DNA of 60,575 nucleotides, filler included, from Asterionella formosa (GCA_002256025.1; 23 parts of 23 records of this genome joined end to end with filler, not necessarily neighbours in it), one strand, 5' to 3'. Counted from the first letter of the whole stretch, positions 37,027-49,436 are shown. Numbers and translations are program-made. Notes: generated by a model from the letters alone, not told the origin.

Positions 37027-40000
37027 NNNNNNNNNNNNNNNNNNNNNNNNNNNNNNNNNNNNNNNNNNNNTTAATTAATTAANNNNNNNNNNNNNNNNNN
37101 NNNNNNNNNNNNNNNNNNNNNNNNNNATGGATGACTATCACCAGGCCACCAGCAAGATTCATCCCATAGGATTAGTGTCACAAGAGTACATCATGAATCA
37201 TAGGGTTGTATGCATATACTTGTACACCATAAAGCACAGAAATCACCACAGGGCAAATTCACAAATACTTCCACTTTTCGTTCTATTCGCTCTATCATTA
37301 CCAGTAATCCTATACTATCCTTCCATCTGCTCTATTATTGCGTTGTTGTGCTTACTAAGCGATGTCATTAAGAACCTGGCAATCTTGTTATTTATACAAC
37401 TACACATGTTCCTTGTACACTGCATCTCCGTGAATACAATAGCTGGGTTGACAGTGATTGCTCTCGATGCTTGCAAACACATCGCCATGTTGAGTTTGTT
37501 CCTGATGTCAATTACAATCGATCATTGCTCTAGCTAATACATATATAAAGTTCATGTAAACTATCATAATAGCATCTATTAGACTAGCAGCTGCAGTTAG
37601 AATAGTGGCTTCCATTCAACCAGGAATAGATCATTGCCATTAATCTGATGAAATGACCATGGTCATTTCAAAAGGGGGTCTCAAAAATCACATGCTAAAT
37701 AAGTCAAAACGTAATTTACTATAGGAAAAGATGAACAAACTAAAAAATGAAAATTATTATCTATGAATCATTTTTTAAGGTTGCAGCCCCCGCATAACCC
37801 TAGTTTATAGCAAAACATCGCTAGGGTTGTAAAATCGGCATGGAACAGGGAGTTAGTTTCTGCGAATTCCCATGATTCGAGTGTCCATTCGAATATTTAT
37901 ATTGAATAGTAATCGGCGCCAGATTAAAGAGTTCCATTTCAAACAAACAAACATGATATTTTCATGATTATGTTATATCTTCATTGGTGTATTTAGATAT
38001 AAAATTACTCCATGCCAAAAATATATGTAAATCAGTAGGATGCCGGTATGTATAGTAATCATGGGTCTTTTTCAAAGAAAGGAAATGATATTAAGATCTT
38101 CATATTCAATCTACGTTGCTGAATGTAAATTTAATAATTCTCTACGCCAAAAGGCATCTACATACCAGTTAATCAGTGCTTAGTACCTGGTACCGATATG
38201 AAATCTTGGTTCATGACAAGCATGGGAAAACTACCGGTATTTAGAGAGAGTGCAAGAATCATCTCCTCATAAAATACCCTGGAGTCTGTTCGGACAGAGA
38301 ATTATGCAGCAAAACATACCTACGCAAGACTCTACTTCCGATTCTACTATTTTGGTGACTGCCTGTTGAAAAAGCCAATCAGGTCGACTTTTTGGAGGAG
38401 GATTGCTCTACATCTGCTGGGTTTTATGAAGATTAAAATAGATAGCAATGTACCATATAGTGTCAGGAGTTAACTTCTGGAGAGAAACTGCTGTTATCTA
38501 TCGTAGATTTTTAAAGCTTGGTAGCCCCTTTTTTGACCATTTTTGCAATACTGTAGTTATGAATCTACAATACATAACTGCAGTTTCTCTCCAGAAATGA
38601 GATCCTTACCATATCTGCATATAGAACATACCTGTCGTTTCATATGCTTTCTACAGTTGTTTCACTTACATTGACCACACTGCCAGATATTTAATGGTAA
38701 TTTCCTCAAAACAAGCATACCATCATTTTCTTCCTTCCCACCATTGCAACTTTTGGGGTTGTGCATTCCACAATTGAACACAAGTTGCCATTATTCTACT
38801 GCTATATCCTACTTGAATGTTGAGAATACTAGAGGGTTCGAAGGAAAATGGGTCCTCATGCATCTGCATTTTGCTCGAGATAGCCTTACTAAGTGAAAAT
38901 CGAAAAAAGCCCAAAAACGTGCGTTTTTTTAATATGCAGTTGCCAATTTTAAATTTAAAAACCGGTAGATATATATTATAGCTACATGGATCTGTAGTTT
39001 ATGCGATTGCGCACATAAGGGCAATTGAGCCGGAGAAAATCGTAGGAATCAAAATTGCGCCAGAGAAATTTCAACAATCGCCGCATTTATTTTCAACCAG
39101 AGGGAGTACAGTTCCAGGTAGCCAGAATGCGGTAGACTGTGCATTATTCGTTGGGAAGCGATGTGCTGATCAGCATTCATTGTTCAGAATGTTAATGATG
39201 TCATACGAAGTTGCCATGCAGTTATCAGTACAATGGACATACAATCTTCAACGTCCCAAGTTCCTGATACTGCATGCCAGTATGTCATAGAGTGCACAGT
39301 CCATATGGGCACTGCCTTGTGCAAAAGGAATTCAACTTTAAGCCTTGGTACCATACTGGTCCCTAAAAGATACTCATCAACCTTTGGTACCAGGTGCGGT
39401 ACCACATTGATCACGATTCGAGTTCAACTACCGGTACCGGTACGGGGACCGTATATCAACTGGCATGTATGTAGCGGGATAGAAGAGCGATAGAAAAGGT
39501 ACCGCACTATGGTGTTCAGTCCCAGCTACATAAAACCATCTGTGGTAGTTTGTTGCATACGTAGAAAAGACTCCTTGAAGCGATGGCAAGAAACAACTAC
39601 CGGTATCAATAACATGATTCCGGTGTATTTATTTATGAAATTCCACGTGAGAAAGGATGGATTCGATCTTGAGAACACAACGAAATTCAACTACCGGTAC
39701 AGCTAGGGGCAAGGCACCCTGGTACCGTGTTGTAAGCCGGTACCGGTAACTAGGTAAATGAATTCGATTACTGGTACCGGGTAGTAAATTATTATTTGTA
39801 AAAAGGACTCTGTGAAAAGATGCCAATGATCAATTGTTCAATGTGATTACTTAAATATGATTCCACTTGAAAGTAGGATGTCGATTTTGAGAACGTAATT
39901 CAATCGAAAAGATGGCATCGAAGAGATGCAAAGGATCTCGCTCTGGTTCAACATTCCACTGTCACATGATTCTGTACCATTGTAAAGATAACGGAAACGA

Positions 40001-40501
40001 TTATATATGTGACAAATTCCTTCATTCAAAGTACAGGAGTCTTTTCGTCGCAAGAGATATATGATTCGATACCTTTTATGATTTATCGTATAACCCAAGT
40101 CGTGAGACATAGATGTGAGACCCGAATATATATTGGACTGTCGCGAGAAAAAAGTCATTTGGTCTTAACATGTCGCCAACATTTATGTAGTAATTCAAGT
40201 GCACATCTGTTCGATTATGATTCTAGAGGCCCGGTATAGAGCTTCTCGAGATAGTCCGAGTTCTGGTATCGTGAATACCAGTACTCCTGAGTCTATGCAG
40301 TAAGGAGAATAACAGGTACAGAAACGGTACCTGGCAACCTGGCACTACCTGGTACCATACCAAAATGTACCTGGAACCCTGGTACCGGTGCGCTGCATCA
40401 TGTTAACAAGTGAATTACATACCGGTAAGTGGAAATCATATTATCCCACAAAATCAAAACCCTGCCCAAATATTTGCGATAACACGTCCAACATCAACGT
40501 C

Positions 40502-41356
40502 ATGGTTTCCCTTCTTGAAAGTACAATGCACGATGCATCCATTCGACGTTGCTCCTCGCCAGAGGTGGATACTTGTCGCTGTGACAAGTCGTCATCTCCT
40601 GATTTTTCGATTCCCAGACGCCGAACTCGATCGATCCGTTTCAACAGAACTACTTATATTCAAGAAACTACTCATGTGAATGACATGACAGACGACGAAG
40701 TCTCGGCTGTCTGGTACTGTGTAAGTGTTTGCAGGAACAACAAACCACGTCGCTTTACGTGAATTTTTGAGCTATGGATAAACTAACTGTAGTCTTTTAC
40801 TTAACAGAACCGTGAAATAGCTGATATGAAGAAGGAATACAGTGAAACGTTGAGAATTATGGCAACATGCAATGGCATCGACAATACAAACGAAAGTCAC
40901 TGTACTCGTGGGCTGGAATACAGAACAAGAGATGGAGCCCGCCGTCGTCAAATGAATAAATTGAACGCTCTTCACTCAGTTTTGGAAGAACAAGAACGTC
41001 AACGCATCCTTGGCGTCGATGACGATGTCGCACTCGCTTACGTGTACATCGAAATGTCATCACATTGCGCCGACGCAGCACTTTCGCTTGGATTAGAAGA
41101 TATGCAAGTGGTTCGTGACATCATTAATGAAGAATCGCTTGAGCAAGAACGACCCAAACCGGTCAAGAAATCATCACGTTTGAAGGAGCAATCCCCCCGT
41201 TCCCCTCCTGGTAGCCGACACTCAAACTCCCCGCTATCCTCAACATCTGTTGATACTTCAAGCGAATCAAGAACGAAGAATGGACTTCGTCGATTTTTTC
41301 AAAAGTCACAAAGTGACAAGCCGATAAACAACGACGTTGTGTCTGTTTCCAGCTAG
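40502..41356 (+). CDS. Diatom-type hypothetical protein; exons 40502..40720, 40808..41356
   Basis: A GTAAGT donor at 40721 and a TTAACAG acceptor ending 40807 join in phase 0. The motifs RSIRF..THVNDMTDDEVSAVWY, CTRGLEYRT and SVLEEQERQR are typical of an expanded diatom family. Confidence 0.8.
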
Positions 41357-42179
41357 CTAACGAGTAGCTCGCACTAATGCCGCAAGCGTTGCTATTCGCC
41401 GTTGAGACAACAACTTAACTCTGAACAAATTGCTTAACTAAGTTGTAGTTCCATATAGTATTTATATCCTCCTCTGACGTTGTTGAAATGGATTATTAAA
41501 CATGAAAAGTGTCGAGGGGTTGTGGAAGGAGACAACCGGTGCCTGGTACCAGTATAGTTATTAGCTGACATTAGCCATCTGTATACCGGGGTATCTCCAT
41601 GCCATAGTATAAAAAATTGAAAGGTCCTACCGGTAGTCCTACATATGGAATCATCATACCGGTACGACAAACAACGGTAGCTACGTGCCAGTGCGTTTGA
41701 TACCTGCGTGGTCGTGGTTTTCGAGGCTCCCGTCTGAAATAAATTTGTTTCTCCGGGGGTACATATAATCTGTCCCGCCGGCGAAATATGATCACAGGCA
41801 GTTCACAACAAGCAAAGACAAAGTTGATGGAACGGATGAAACGGGTCCGACCATGCGAACGGCCGGAGACTACGGCATACCGCACCTCTCCGACTGAGCA
41901 ATAAAACAGTACATACTCCAACTAAAGCGTCGCGCTATTTGTTAGCAATGTGGGTACTGAAAAGTCCGTTCCAAACAATGCGGAGAAGTAGGCCTTGCAA
42001 CGTGTTTTCGTGTAACTTGTCGAGGATGGCAACGTTTCTTTTTCTCATTCTTTGGCTTGGGCCGGAAGCTAGGAAGGTAAGGAAATCTGGCGCAACAATG
42101 CAGCACTGTCTGAGGTACAATATTTTTGTGCTTTCGTTAACCCAATGTGCCTCTTCTGATCAGTAGACTTTGACAAAAC

Positions 42180-44069
42180 ATGGATATGAATACTGCGTCG
42201 ACCACTGCTGCCAAGCTCCGCACGTTCGTTACCAAATCGGAGGATCAGTCGGACGCAGGTGATAATGAAGATCGAGCTTCTTCGGAAAGCAGGGAAAGTA
42301 CGGAAAGTCGCGACGAAGAAGATAGTTCTCGGAACGAGGCGAGTTTGAAGTGGAGCACTGGATCCGAGCGTGATGGCAATGAACAGGGGACTCATGCAGC
42401 ATCTGACATATTCCAACTGCCCACTCCGTCAACTTCCTTTGATCCAGGTCCGGAAAGGAGAAAAGCAAGCAGCAGAAATATCCATTCGACACAAACCAAA
42501 TGCTCGCCCCGCAGTCCTCCGTCTGCTCGAAACAGTGTTCTGCAGGACGAATCGCCCTTGAATCTTTTGAACAATACTTTTGATACTTTCAGCGAATCCT
42601 ACCTTCGGGAAATGCATTCGCAAAGTCCAACCCCTAACCGTGCACATCACGGGCTTCTAACTACTAGAAACTGTGATGTTGAAATTTTCCTCCCTTTCCT
42701 TTCGGCGACAGGCAGTGCCATGGAAGACATTTCTCCCCTGAAGGACAATATTGATCCCCTCCCCTATAATGAAGGATCTCCTCTTGAGTGGATTCTCAAT
42801 CCTTTGCCCATGATGCCGACCCATACTACGCAGAAAATATCAAGTCCCTTTTACGTATTGGGATCTTGCCGCCAAGCCTTTGAAGGATGTACTTTTCAGA
42901 TTCCATCCATGTTTGATTCTCGTCTTTGTGGATCCTTTAAGCAGTGCAAGAGTACTCGCAACAATGAATTTGACCACTATAGCCATACCGATTTGGTTAT
43001 TGCCCAGCGTAGAGTCAAGGCTGCCATTTGCGCATTTGGTGGAAATAGTGTTGCTCGTCCGTTTCCCATGAACGATCGGGATTTTATCTTTCGTCATCGA
43101 AGTGACGATGACCAACAGCAGGCAAGCTATGAAAATAAGCTTCAACGCCGCTATTTTATGAATGGAAATCGAATTTCGTGGGACGTGGAGGAAGATCCTC
43201 CACTGCATGATGCTGCGTGTGTTGAAATGAATCAAGGTCATCGTCGTGGCATTGACAAGGAAATTAATCATCATGGCCTGGAAACTCCAGTTCGTAGACA
43301 CATTATCCCAGAAATGACTCCGCAGCGCAGGAGTCCGATCTTGACTGACATTCCAACTTTGTCTGGAACAGAAATGCCCAAGATGAAATACCGCTGCAAA
43401 CTCTGCGGTCAACCAAAGATGAGTCATGTTTGTCCATACCGGCAATCCGTTCAGCGAAACATTGGAATCCAGGTTTATCCTACGGCGAATCCATTCGCTG
43501 CCAATGAGCCCGGCTACTTGGCCCCTACTTTGACTGATATGAACAATACTGCCATTAACGATTTCAATGCTTGTAACGATTCTGACGATGGTGATGACTC
43601 CGCTGCGCAATATCATTTTGAAGGCGAGGAAATCCAGCATTCCCCACCTTGCGTGGATATCAAGGTACTTGACAGTCGCAAACGTTCGTATGACGAAATG
43701 AACGATCGTGTACCAATTGCTTTGCCACAGGGTCCGTTTGCTGAAGAAGCTCCAGTTCACCCGGAACAGTATCGCACCATTACACCAGTATCGTCTCAGC
43801 CAACTGGTCTCTACCAGTATCAAGCTGTTGCTTTGACGTTTAACGAACGAAAGAAGCTCAGTGACACTCTCTATGTCATGACCCAAAGTATTCAACAGTT
43901 ATCTCAGGATTGTGCGAATATTTTGCGTGATGCTCGTGAACGATGCATGTGGGATTTGGCTGTTGCGGAGCTTCTGACTCAGATTGTCGTTGCTATGCAT
44001 TGTCAAGAAGGTGACAAGTGTTTGGATGGCTTGCAGCAATACCTTCTCCACCTTGGGATTGCTTGCTGA
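42180..44069 (+). CDS. Uncharacterised protein with CxxC-x6-HxC module (paralogue 1, 629 aa)
   Basis: Long intronless ORF. Contains MKYRCKLCGQPKMSHVCPY and a C-terminal WDLAVAELLTQIV..YLLHLGIAC shared with 49437..53042. Confidence 0.85.
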   Translation: MDMNTASTTAAKLRTFVTKSEDQSDAGDNEDRASSESRESTESRDEEDSSRNEASLKWSTGSERDGNEQGTHAASDIFQLPTPSTSFDPGPERRKASSRNIHSTQTKCSPRSPPSARNSVLQDESPLNLLNNTFDTFSESYLREMHSQSPTPNRAHHGLLTTRNCDVEIFLPFLSATGSAMEDISPLKDNIDPLPYNEGSPLEWILNPLPMMPTHTTQKISSPFYVLGSCRQAFEGCTFQIPSMFDSRLCGSFKQCKSTRNNEFDHYSHTDLVIAQRRVKAAICAFGGNSVARPFPMNDRDFIFRHRSDDDQQQASYENKLQRRYFMNGNRISWDVEEDPPLHDAACVEMNQGHRRGIDKEINHHGLETPVRRHIIPEMTPQRRSPILTDIPTLSGTEMPKMKYRCKLCGQPKMSHVCPYRQSVQRNIGIQVYPTANPFAANEPGYLAPTLTDMNNTAINDFNACNDSDDGDDSAAQYHFEGEEIQHSPPCVDIKVLDSRKRSYDEMNDRVPIALPQGPFAEEAPVHPEQYRTITPVSSQPTGLYQYQAVALTFNERKKLSDTLYVMTQSIQQLSQDCANILRDARERCMWDLAVAELLTQIVVAMHCQEGDKCLDGLQQYLLHLGIAC

Positions 44070-44579
44070 GCAATTTGAGGGATCCCAATGGTTGGAACTG
44101 ATGATCAGATTAAGCAAGAAGTAATATTGTATTTTGGTTTGCGATGATGGCCAAGAATCCCTTGATGAAACGAAATGGTCCGACAAATTGTTTCATATTT
44201 GTTTCTAATACATATCCACCGCAACAATACAAGTTCAATGATTGCCGACGTTTCTTTTGAGTTTGGTCTAGATAAGAAGCTAACGATGAATCACTGACCA
44301 CTTGATGACACTTTATTACTACGGCTAGGGTACCGCTCTTTGCATCTTAACGGTCTCTTTCAATATAGAAATACGTAGTGCACCTGAGAAAGCAACCCTT
44401 GAGAGTTTTAGTTACCTGCATACTATAAACTTCATTGTCCTGCCCCCCCCCCCACTGTTCACTGCCATGACTGAATTTGACTGATTTTACCTAAGGAGGG
44501 GTCCAGGACAAGGAAGAGATTTCCCTTATAATAGACCTGCGTAAATTTTATCGGTTCTACAGGATGGCGTGCGTTTTTC

Positions 44580-45833
44580 CAAAAAATATTAAAAAGGTCA
44601 TTATCTCTGTAAAGTGAAAAATGAGAAAGTTCTTCAGCTTGCAAGAAAAATGCGACAATGGATGAAGCATGGGAACTCCCCAGCAACATCAAAACTGTTG
44701 CACATAAGCATGGCATCATAAGCATGGCATCAGTGCCAGCAATATTCAATGCTGGAAAGCTAACTTCCATGCTTTGATAAGAATCACTATACCAATGTAG
44801 AAGGTTTATTGCCAGATGAGGGCCATTTGCTATTAAAGAAACATAAGTTTCTATAGACAAGTTGTCTAGCAATAGTGCAGCTGAATTTGCTGCGATTCGT
44901 CTAATTTACAATCAGCTTTGCGGTGACAATCGCATTTTTTCAATCATGTTGCTTGCTTCCAAGTTGAAGCACTTCTTGGGACATGATGTTAATTTGAGCA
45001 TCATGCAACAGCCTGTAGCTCACTGGTGTACATCACAAAGCATCATGTATCATTGTATCACTCACAAGGCACAAAAGCAACATGTGCGATGTAGCTACTG
45101 AGTTGTGTCACCATGCAGCAGTATCTCCAGTATGTAAACATACAGTGCATTTCTTGAAGGGTCACATATCATAAACAAACATTTATTTCGATTTTTCGGT
45201 CAGTCTCATGCAAACTGATAAAGGTGCACAAACCATCTGTTTACACACCAATGGCAGCAGCAGGCATTGGACAGTGGTATTGTTGGGCATTTCAATGTCT
45301 GAAGAGACGATTGCTCCTCTTGGTTTTTTCGAAGGAGTACCTGACACCAAGATCCAGAGGTAATTCAACAATCAACAATCAACAATCAACAGTTTCTTGC
45401 CTATCCTCAGGAAATGGTTTATTGTTGTCAGGCAAAGGCGTGGGTCGATGAGTCAGCGTTTGGGCTTGGGATTTGGGAAGTTTCGAAGCCATGGACAATC
45501 AGCCATGATTCTCAACCAAGCTACCTGCTAATGGACAAGGTCCAGGTGCATTTGACAGCAACAAGCCTCAATGCAACAATAAAGGACTGTGGAACTTTTA
45601 TGGGTTTCATTTGTGAAGGTACACCTACAAACTTCAAGTTTTTAAGTTGAGGTAAACAAGCCCTTTAAAAGGTTTGATAGGGATGCCCATAAGGACTGGA
45701 TGGTTGCCCATCCTCATGGCACAAGAAAGTCAAATGACAGGATGTTACTCTGTGGTTCTGGACAGATTAGGAGAAGGTCTCTGAATCTACCATTTTAAAC
45801 ACTTGGAATTCAGTCGGTTTCATTGACTGCTGT
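44580..45833 (+). mobile_element. Degenerate pogo/Tigger-like (DDE_1) transposase
   Basis: The broken reading includes CITHKAQ, PLGFFEGVP, YPQEMVYCCQAKAWVDE, KPW, SYLLMDKVQVH and IKDCGT..FI. These match pogo DDE_1 motifs (Q.KAWMD, LLLD..H). Confidence 0.7.
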
Positions 45834-45852
45834 GACCATGTATATAGATATA

Positions 45853-46104
45853 GGGGAATGGCTTAGTCGTTAGCACACATGTTGTGGTGGCAGGTTCGAT
45901 TCCTGCATTCTCCACCTGTCTTTTTCATGTAGTCCCTACTAGGATTCCGGGGGGTGCAGCTGACGAAAAGACAGGTCCTGTTGTACCCTACAAACAAATA
46001 AAACCTGTACTAATTGTGTCCATTTATTCATTTATTTGGGCACGAGTGCGATTATTGGATAGCTTTAACATAGCTACTATAAGATTTGATTGATAATTTT
46101 TTTC
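45853..46104 (+). mobile_element. tRNA-derived SINE (family 2), 252 bp, 19-bp TSD
   Basis: The exact direct repeat gaccatgtatatagatata lies at 45834..45852 and 46105..46123. The head 45853..45914 has an acceptor stem GGGGAAT/ATTCTCC, an A-box TGGCTTAGTCG and a T-arm GCAGG-TTCGATT-CCTGC. The tail is gatttgattgata. Confidence 0.85.
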
Positions 46105-46201
46105 GACCATGTATATAGATATAAAGATACCAAGTATGTTCATACTAGTATTGGCAAGGCTATCAGGGCGGAGGGGGTAGTGGTTCTTGTGTCTGTTCAT
46201 C

Positions 46202-46543
46202 CATGTATATACTTCATAGGCATAAGAGTCATTCAGAAAATCTATTTGTATTCACAAGTTGAAGTAATTGTCAGCAAATCCTAGTCATTGTCAGCAGGTT
46301 CTTAATGTTGAAAGAGATGATCCCTGTTTGTATTCTGAAGCTAGAAGACTGTTTGCTAAACTGGTTCATCAGTCTGCAAATCTTAGTCATGTTCAGAGAC
46401 TGATTCTGCAAATTGTCATCTGTCGATAAGCATAACATTTTTCTAAATTACTTAAGGAATATTATTTCCATCGAAAGCTGGCCTATCTTGTCCAGCAGGC
46501 ATGGGACAAATCATTGGGAGTGAGTTGAAAATGACAAGGTGTG
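46202..46543 (+). repeat. Second copy of dispersed repeat 8403..8825
   Basis: Collinear similarity to 8403..8825, with fewer internal 20-bp units. Confidence 0.85.
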
Positions 46544-47028
46544 GTGCTAGTACCAGACCTTCCGGGTTTACTACAGGTACACGTACCAGCCATTGGACTA
46601 CCGGTATGCATTGTAGATTACCTTAGATTACCGGTGCCTGCAAATATAAACTCGGAGTCGACATCAGGTCGTGGAAAGCTAGCAGGCATCTCGCCGTGCC
46701 TGCGGCCAAGGTCTCTGAGTTTATGGCGCGCGGCCGGTAAGCAATGTGAAGCATCGTCCTCATCCATCTTGTGTTCAGCCATGAGCATCATGAAATATGG
46801 GTCCCAACGCAGTATTGGTACTACCGTACATAGAGAGAAGCATCGCGTCCAGTTGTTGCTTGTTGAGCCATCTCCAAATCGGGGCTTGTGGAACGATAAT
46901 TACTGTATGCACCATTCACCAATTCTTACTTTTTCTTCCGTCGTCAGGAATAGCCAAGAAAGACACTTATGTTAGCACTAGTCCCTCGTTTCACATCTTT
47001 CATTCCAATTTAATGCGGGCAGTGTTGT

Positions 47029-48021
47029 ATGACGCCAATTGACTTGGTCCTGGTGGATGTTGCGGCAGCAATGGGCGATGATAATTCTTGCGGCAGAGAA
47101 AAATTCCACGACCTAATCGGCCAAGTTTTAATGGATTGTTCCACGGCGGAAGCGTTTCTTGTCGGTGGCGATGCATGCAACAACGCGAAGTGGAAGGATT
47201 GCTGTAGATGCCTGTTTGTCCATTGCCCGGAAGGGCCCGTTTTGAGTGAAGAAGAAGTAGCCGAGCGCCTCAAGAAGTCAGTGGCAGCATTCATCAATCC
47301 CAATGACCAGTATCTCCAATTGACATCGCTTTTACTCAAAAGCCAAACATTTCATCTAGCGTTTGCAACAGAAAACGACCGTCCAATCATTCATCTCCCA
47401 AGGACAAAAGCGGGCAAGCCTTACATACCCGGAAGAAAATCGTTTCAGTTTAGCGTCTCTCATCAATTTCCCTTTGCTGGAATTGCACGCTGTCGAACCA
47501 AAGGAAAGGGGAGGGTGGGAATGGACATTGTTGTGTTTGAAACGCTCAATACAAGACTCTACAATAACCCCGAGGATTTTGTGGAGGTGTTTCGATCAAA
47601 CTTTGCCGAATCAGAATGGAATGCCATTCTAACAGCGACGGATACCGTCAAGGAGTTCTACCTTCGATGGGCGATAAAAGAAGCATACACCAAGGCTCGT
47701 GGGCTAGGAATGAGTTTGGCTTTCTCCTCCTTTGAAACAAAGTTGAATGGCGTCGATGGTAGTCTCTGGGAATATGTAGCTACAACTGACAATTGGTGTT
47801 CACTTTCTGGCGAAGTCTTTTCATTCAAGAATTGTCGAAAGGAAATGTGGCACTTCTTCTTTCATAAACTTAAATCCGGTGCTGAGCTGAAGGGTTGCAT
47901 TGCAGTATGCACTGGACCAGTAGCTTTGACGAGGCTTCCAAATCCTGAACCCTTTCCTGAGATTACATGGACAAGTATCCACGATTTATCGGATTGGCAC
48001 TACAAAAGCTTGTTGAACTAG
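47029..48021 (+). CDS. 4'-phosphopantetheinyl transferase (Sfp/AASDHPPT type)
   Basis: LPRTKAGKPYI, FSVSHQ, RVGMDIV and FYLRWAIKEAYTKARGLGM (PPTase motifs G.D and W..KEA..K). Confidence 0.92.
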   Translation: MTPIDLVLVDVAAAMGDDNSCGREKFHDLIGQVLMDCSTAEAFLVGGDACNNAKWKDCCRCLFVHCPEGPVLSEEEVAERLKKSVAAFINPNDQYLQLTSLLLKSQTFHLAFATENDRPIIHLPRTKAGKPYIPGRKSFQFSVSHQFPFAGIARCRTKGKGRVGMDIVVFETLNTRLYNNPEDFVEVFRSNFAESEWNAILTATDTVKEFYLRWAIKEAYTKARGLGMSLAFSSFETKLNGVDGSLWEYVATTDNWCSLSGEVFSFKNCRKEMWHFFFHKLKSGAELKGCIAVCTGPVALTRLPNPEPFPEITWTSIHDLSDWHYKSLLN

Positions 48022-49436
48022 TGCAGCAAAAAGATTGAATAACTATTGTACATTTGTAGTATCTTAACGAAATAATTCAACAGACAGCAACCTATTGTAA
48101 ATGTACTCTGGTTGGAGTTATGTTCGACCAGATCCATCCTTCCATTAAATCCCAAAAGCGAAGTGTTGCACACTGTATGTACTGTTTTTGTTTTGAGCGT
48201 CACTTATGGTTAATCGGAGACATGGAGATCAATTTTGGTTTGAATGCGAGATGTTGTGATGTGTCTGCAGCAAGGAGCAAAAATATTGCTTTTTGTAGAG
48301 GGAGTATCATCTAATAGTGCCGTGTATGTAATATACGACTGAATGCCATTGTCAATTTCAATTGCTTACCGTTGGTGCCATGATTTACTAATTCTGATAC
48401 GATACTAAAAACATCATCGTCTACTATTCTCAACAAAAGTCTTGTTTTATTGATGTGCGTCGTTTCAATTTATGTACCGGTAGTGGTTACCAGGTACCTG
48501 GTACCATGAGCAAGATGACCGGTTTATGGTCTACTCCGTCGAGTGCCAGGGTATGGAGTACTGGTACCAGTTATCGCGCAGGTAATTAGGTCGTCTGTGT
48601 CGTCGCGCAGAACATGGTAAAATTGGGATAATGACAACCGCTCGAAAAGCTTCAAAATTTAATCCATAACTACGTTATTGAAGATATCTTATGTTTCTCT
48701 CAACGCAGGGACGGTTATTTTCTCTAAGTAATGGCAGCAACCTTGCGTTGAACGGCAAAAGATCCGAATGTGTGCCATGAATGTCTGTATATCGCATTCT
48801 ATGTGCCTGTCCGGGCCTGCTCCACAAGAAAAGGTCATGACGAGGTGCAGGACAACACTCCCTTCATTATACAGATCAATAATAGCGTTTGTTCGGGAAT
48901 CGTCAAATCGCATTTTCTTCAGCTCATTTGTAGAGGTGAGTGTTCCATGATGACTCTCTCCAGTGGTAGGACGAGGCAGGAGAGACGAAATTGGCAGTGC
49001 CGGCATGTTGACAACGACTCATGAATTTCAGAATGAGTCGTTTAAATGGGCAATGCATTTTTGCGTAGCATCGGTGTTTAAGGACGATTCAAATCGATGC
49101 ACATTTATTGTGGATGTCGAAAACTGCCAATTGCCTTGTGGCGTTGCGCGGAAGAGTTACATAAGGGACTATGCTACGATAGGAACGCTCAGCGCCGTCC
49201 CGTGTTGCTCGTCATGTGTGATACACTCGACGCCCGACAAGCACAGAGACTGGTCGAGCCAGCAAATGTAGAATGCGCAAAAGCGGAACTAGAAAACAAA
49301 AAAGGCTTCGAAATCATCTCTCCTTCCAGCGAACACTTTGCCGTTGTGTCAATAGCAGCTCGTCTCATTGTCATGTCTGGTACTCACACTGTTCATCTCA
49401 ACATACGCATGGCATTACAGGACATTGAATGTGATC

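Larger units (their letters stand above)
16122..37126. other. Artificial concatenation: 19 contigs of 1001/1000 bp separated by N44-TTAATTAATTAA-N44 spacers (further spacers at 53198..53297 and 54925..55024)
   Basis: Identical 100-nt spacers carry six-frame stop codons at 1101/1100-bp periodicity. The plain N-gap at 57108..57529 lacks the linker and is therefore an intra-scaffold gap. Confidence 0.97.

Noticed and set aside
16122..37126. Regularly spaced TTAATTAATTAA repeats with ~1-kb unique 'spacers' resembling an array or cassette system
   Set aside because: They are always centred in N44 flanks and give stops in all six frames. This is a contig-joining linker, not biology.
37645..37675. 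CTGATGA followed by a hairpin (hammerhead-like)
   Set aside because: It is just the palindrome gaaatgaccatggtcatttc. There is no GAAA core and no stems I/III.
42840..43895. 351-aa antisense ORF
   Set aside because: It is the shadow of the conserved + strand gene 42180..44069 and has no recognisable motifs.
45853..45914. Functional tRNA gene
   Set aside because: It is only ~62 nt with a collapsed D/anticodon arm, and it forms the 5' end of a TSD-flanked insert. It is a SINE head.
45915..45980. Hammerhead ribozyme (CTGACGA next to a stem) inside the SINE
   Set aside because: The required GAAA after the partner strand of stem II is absent (ttcatg instead).
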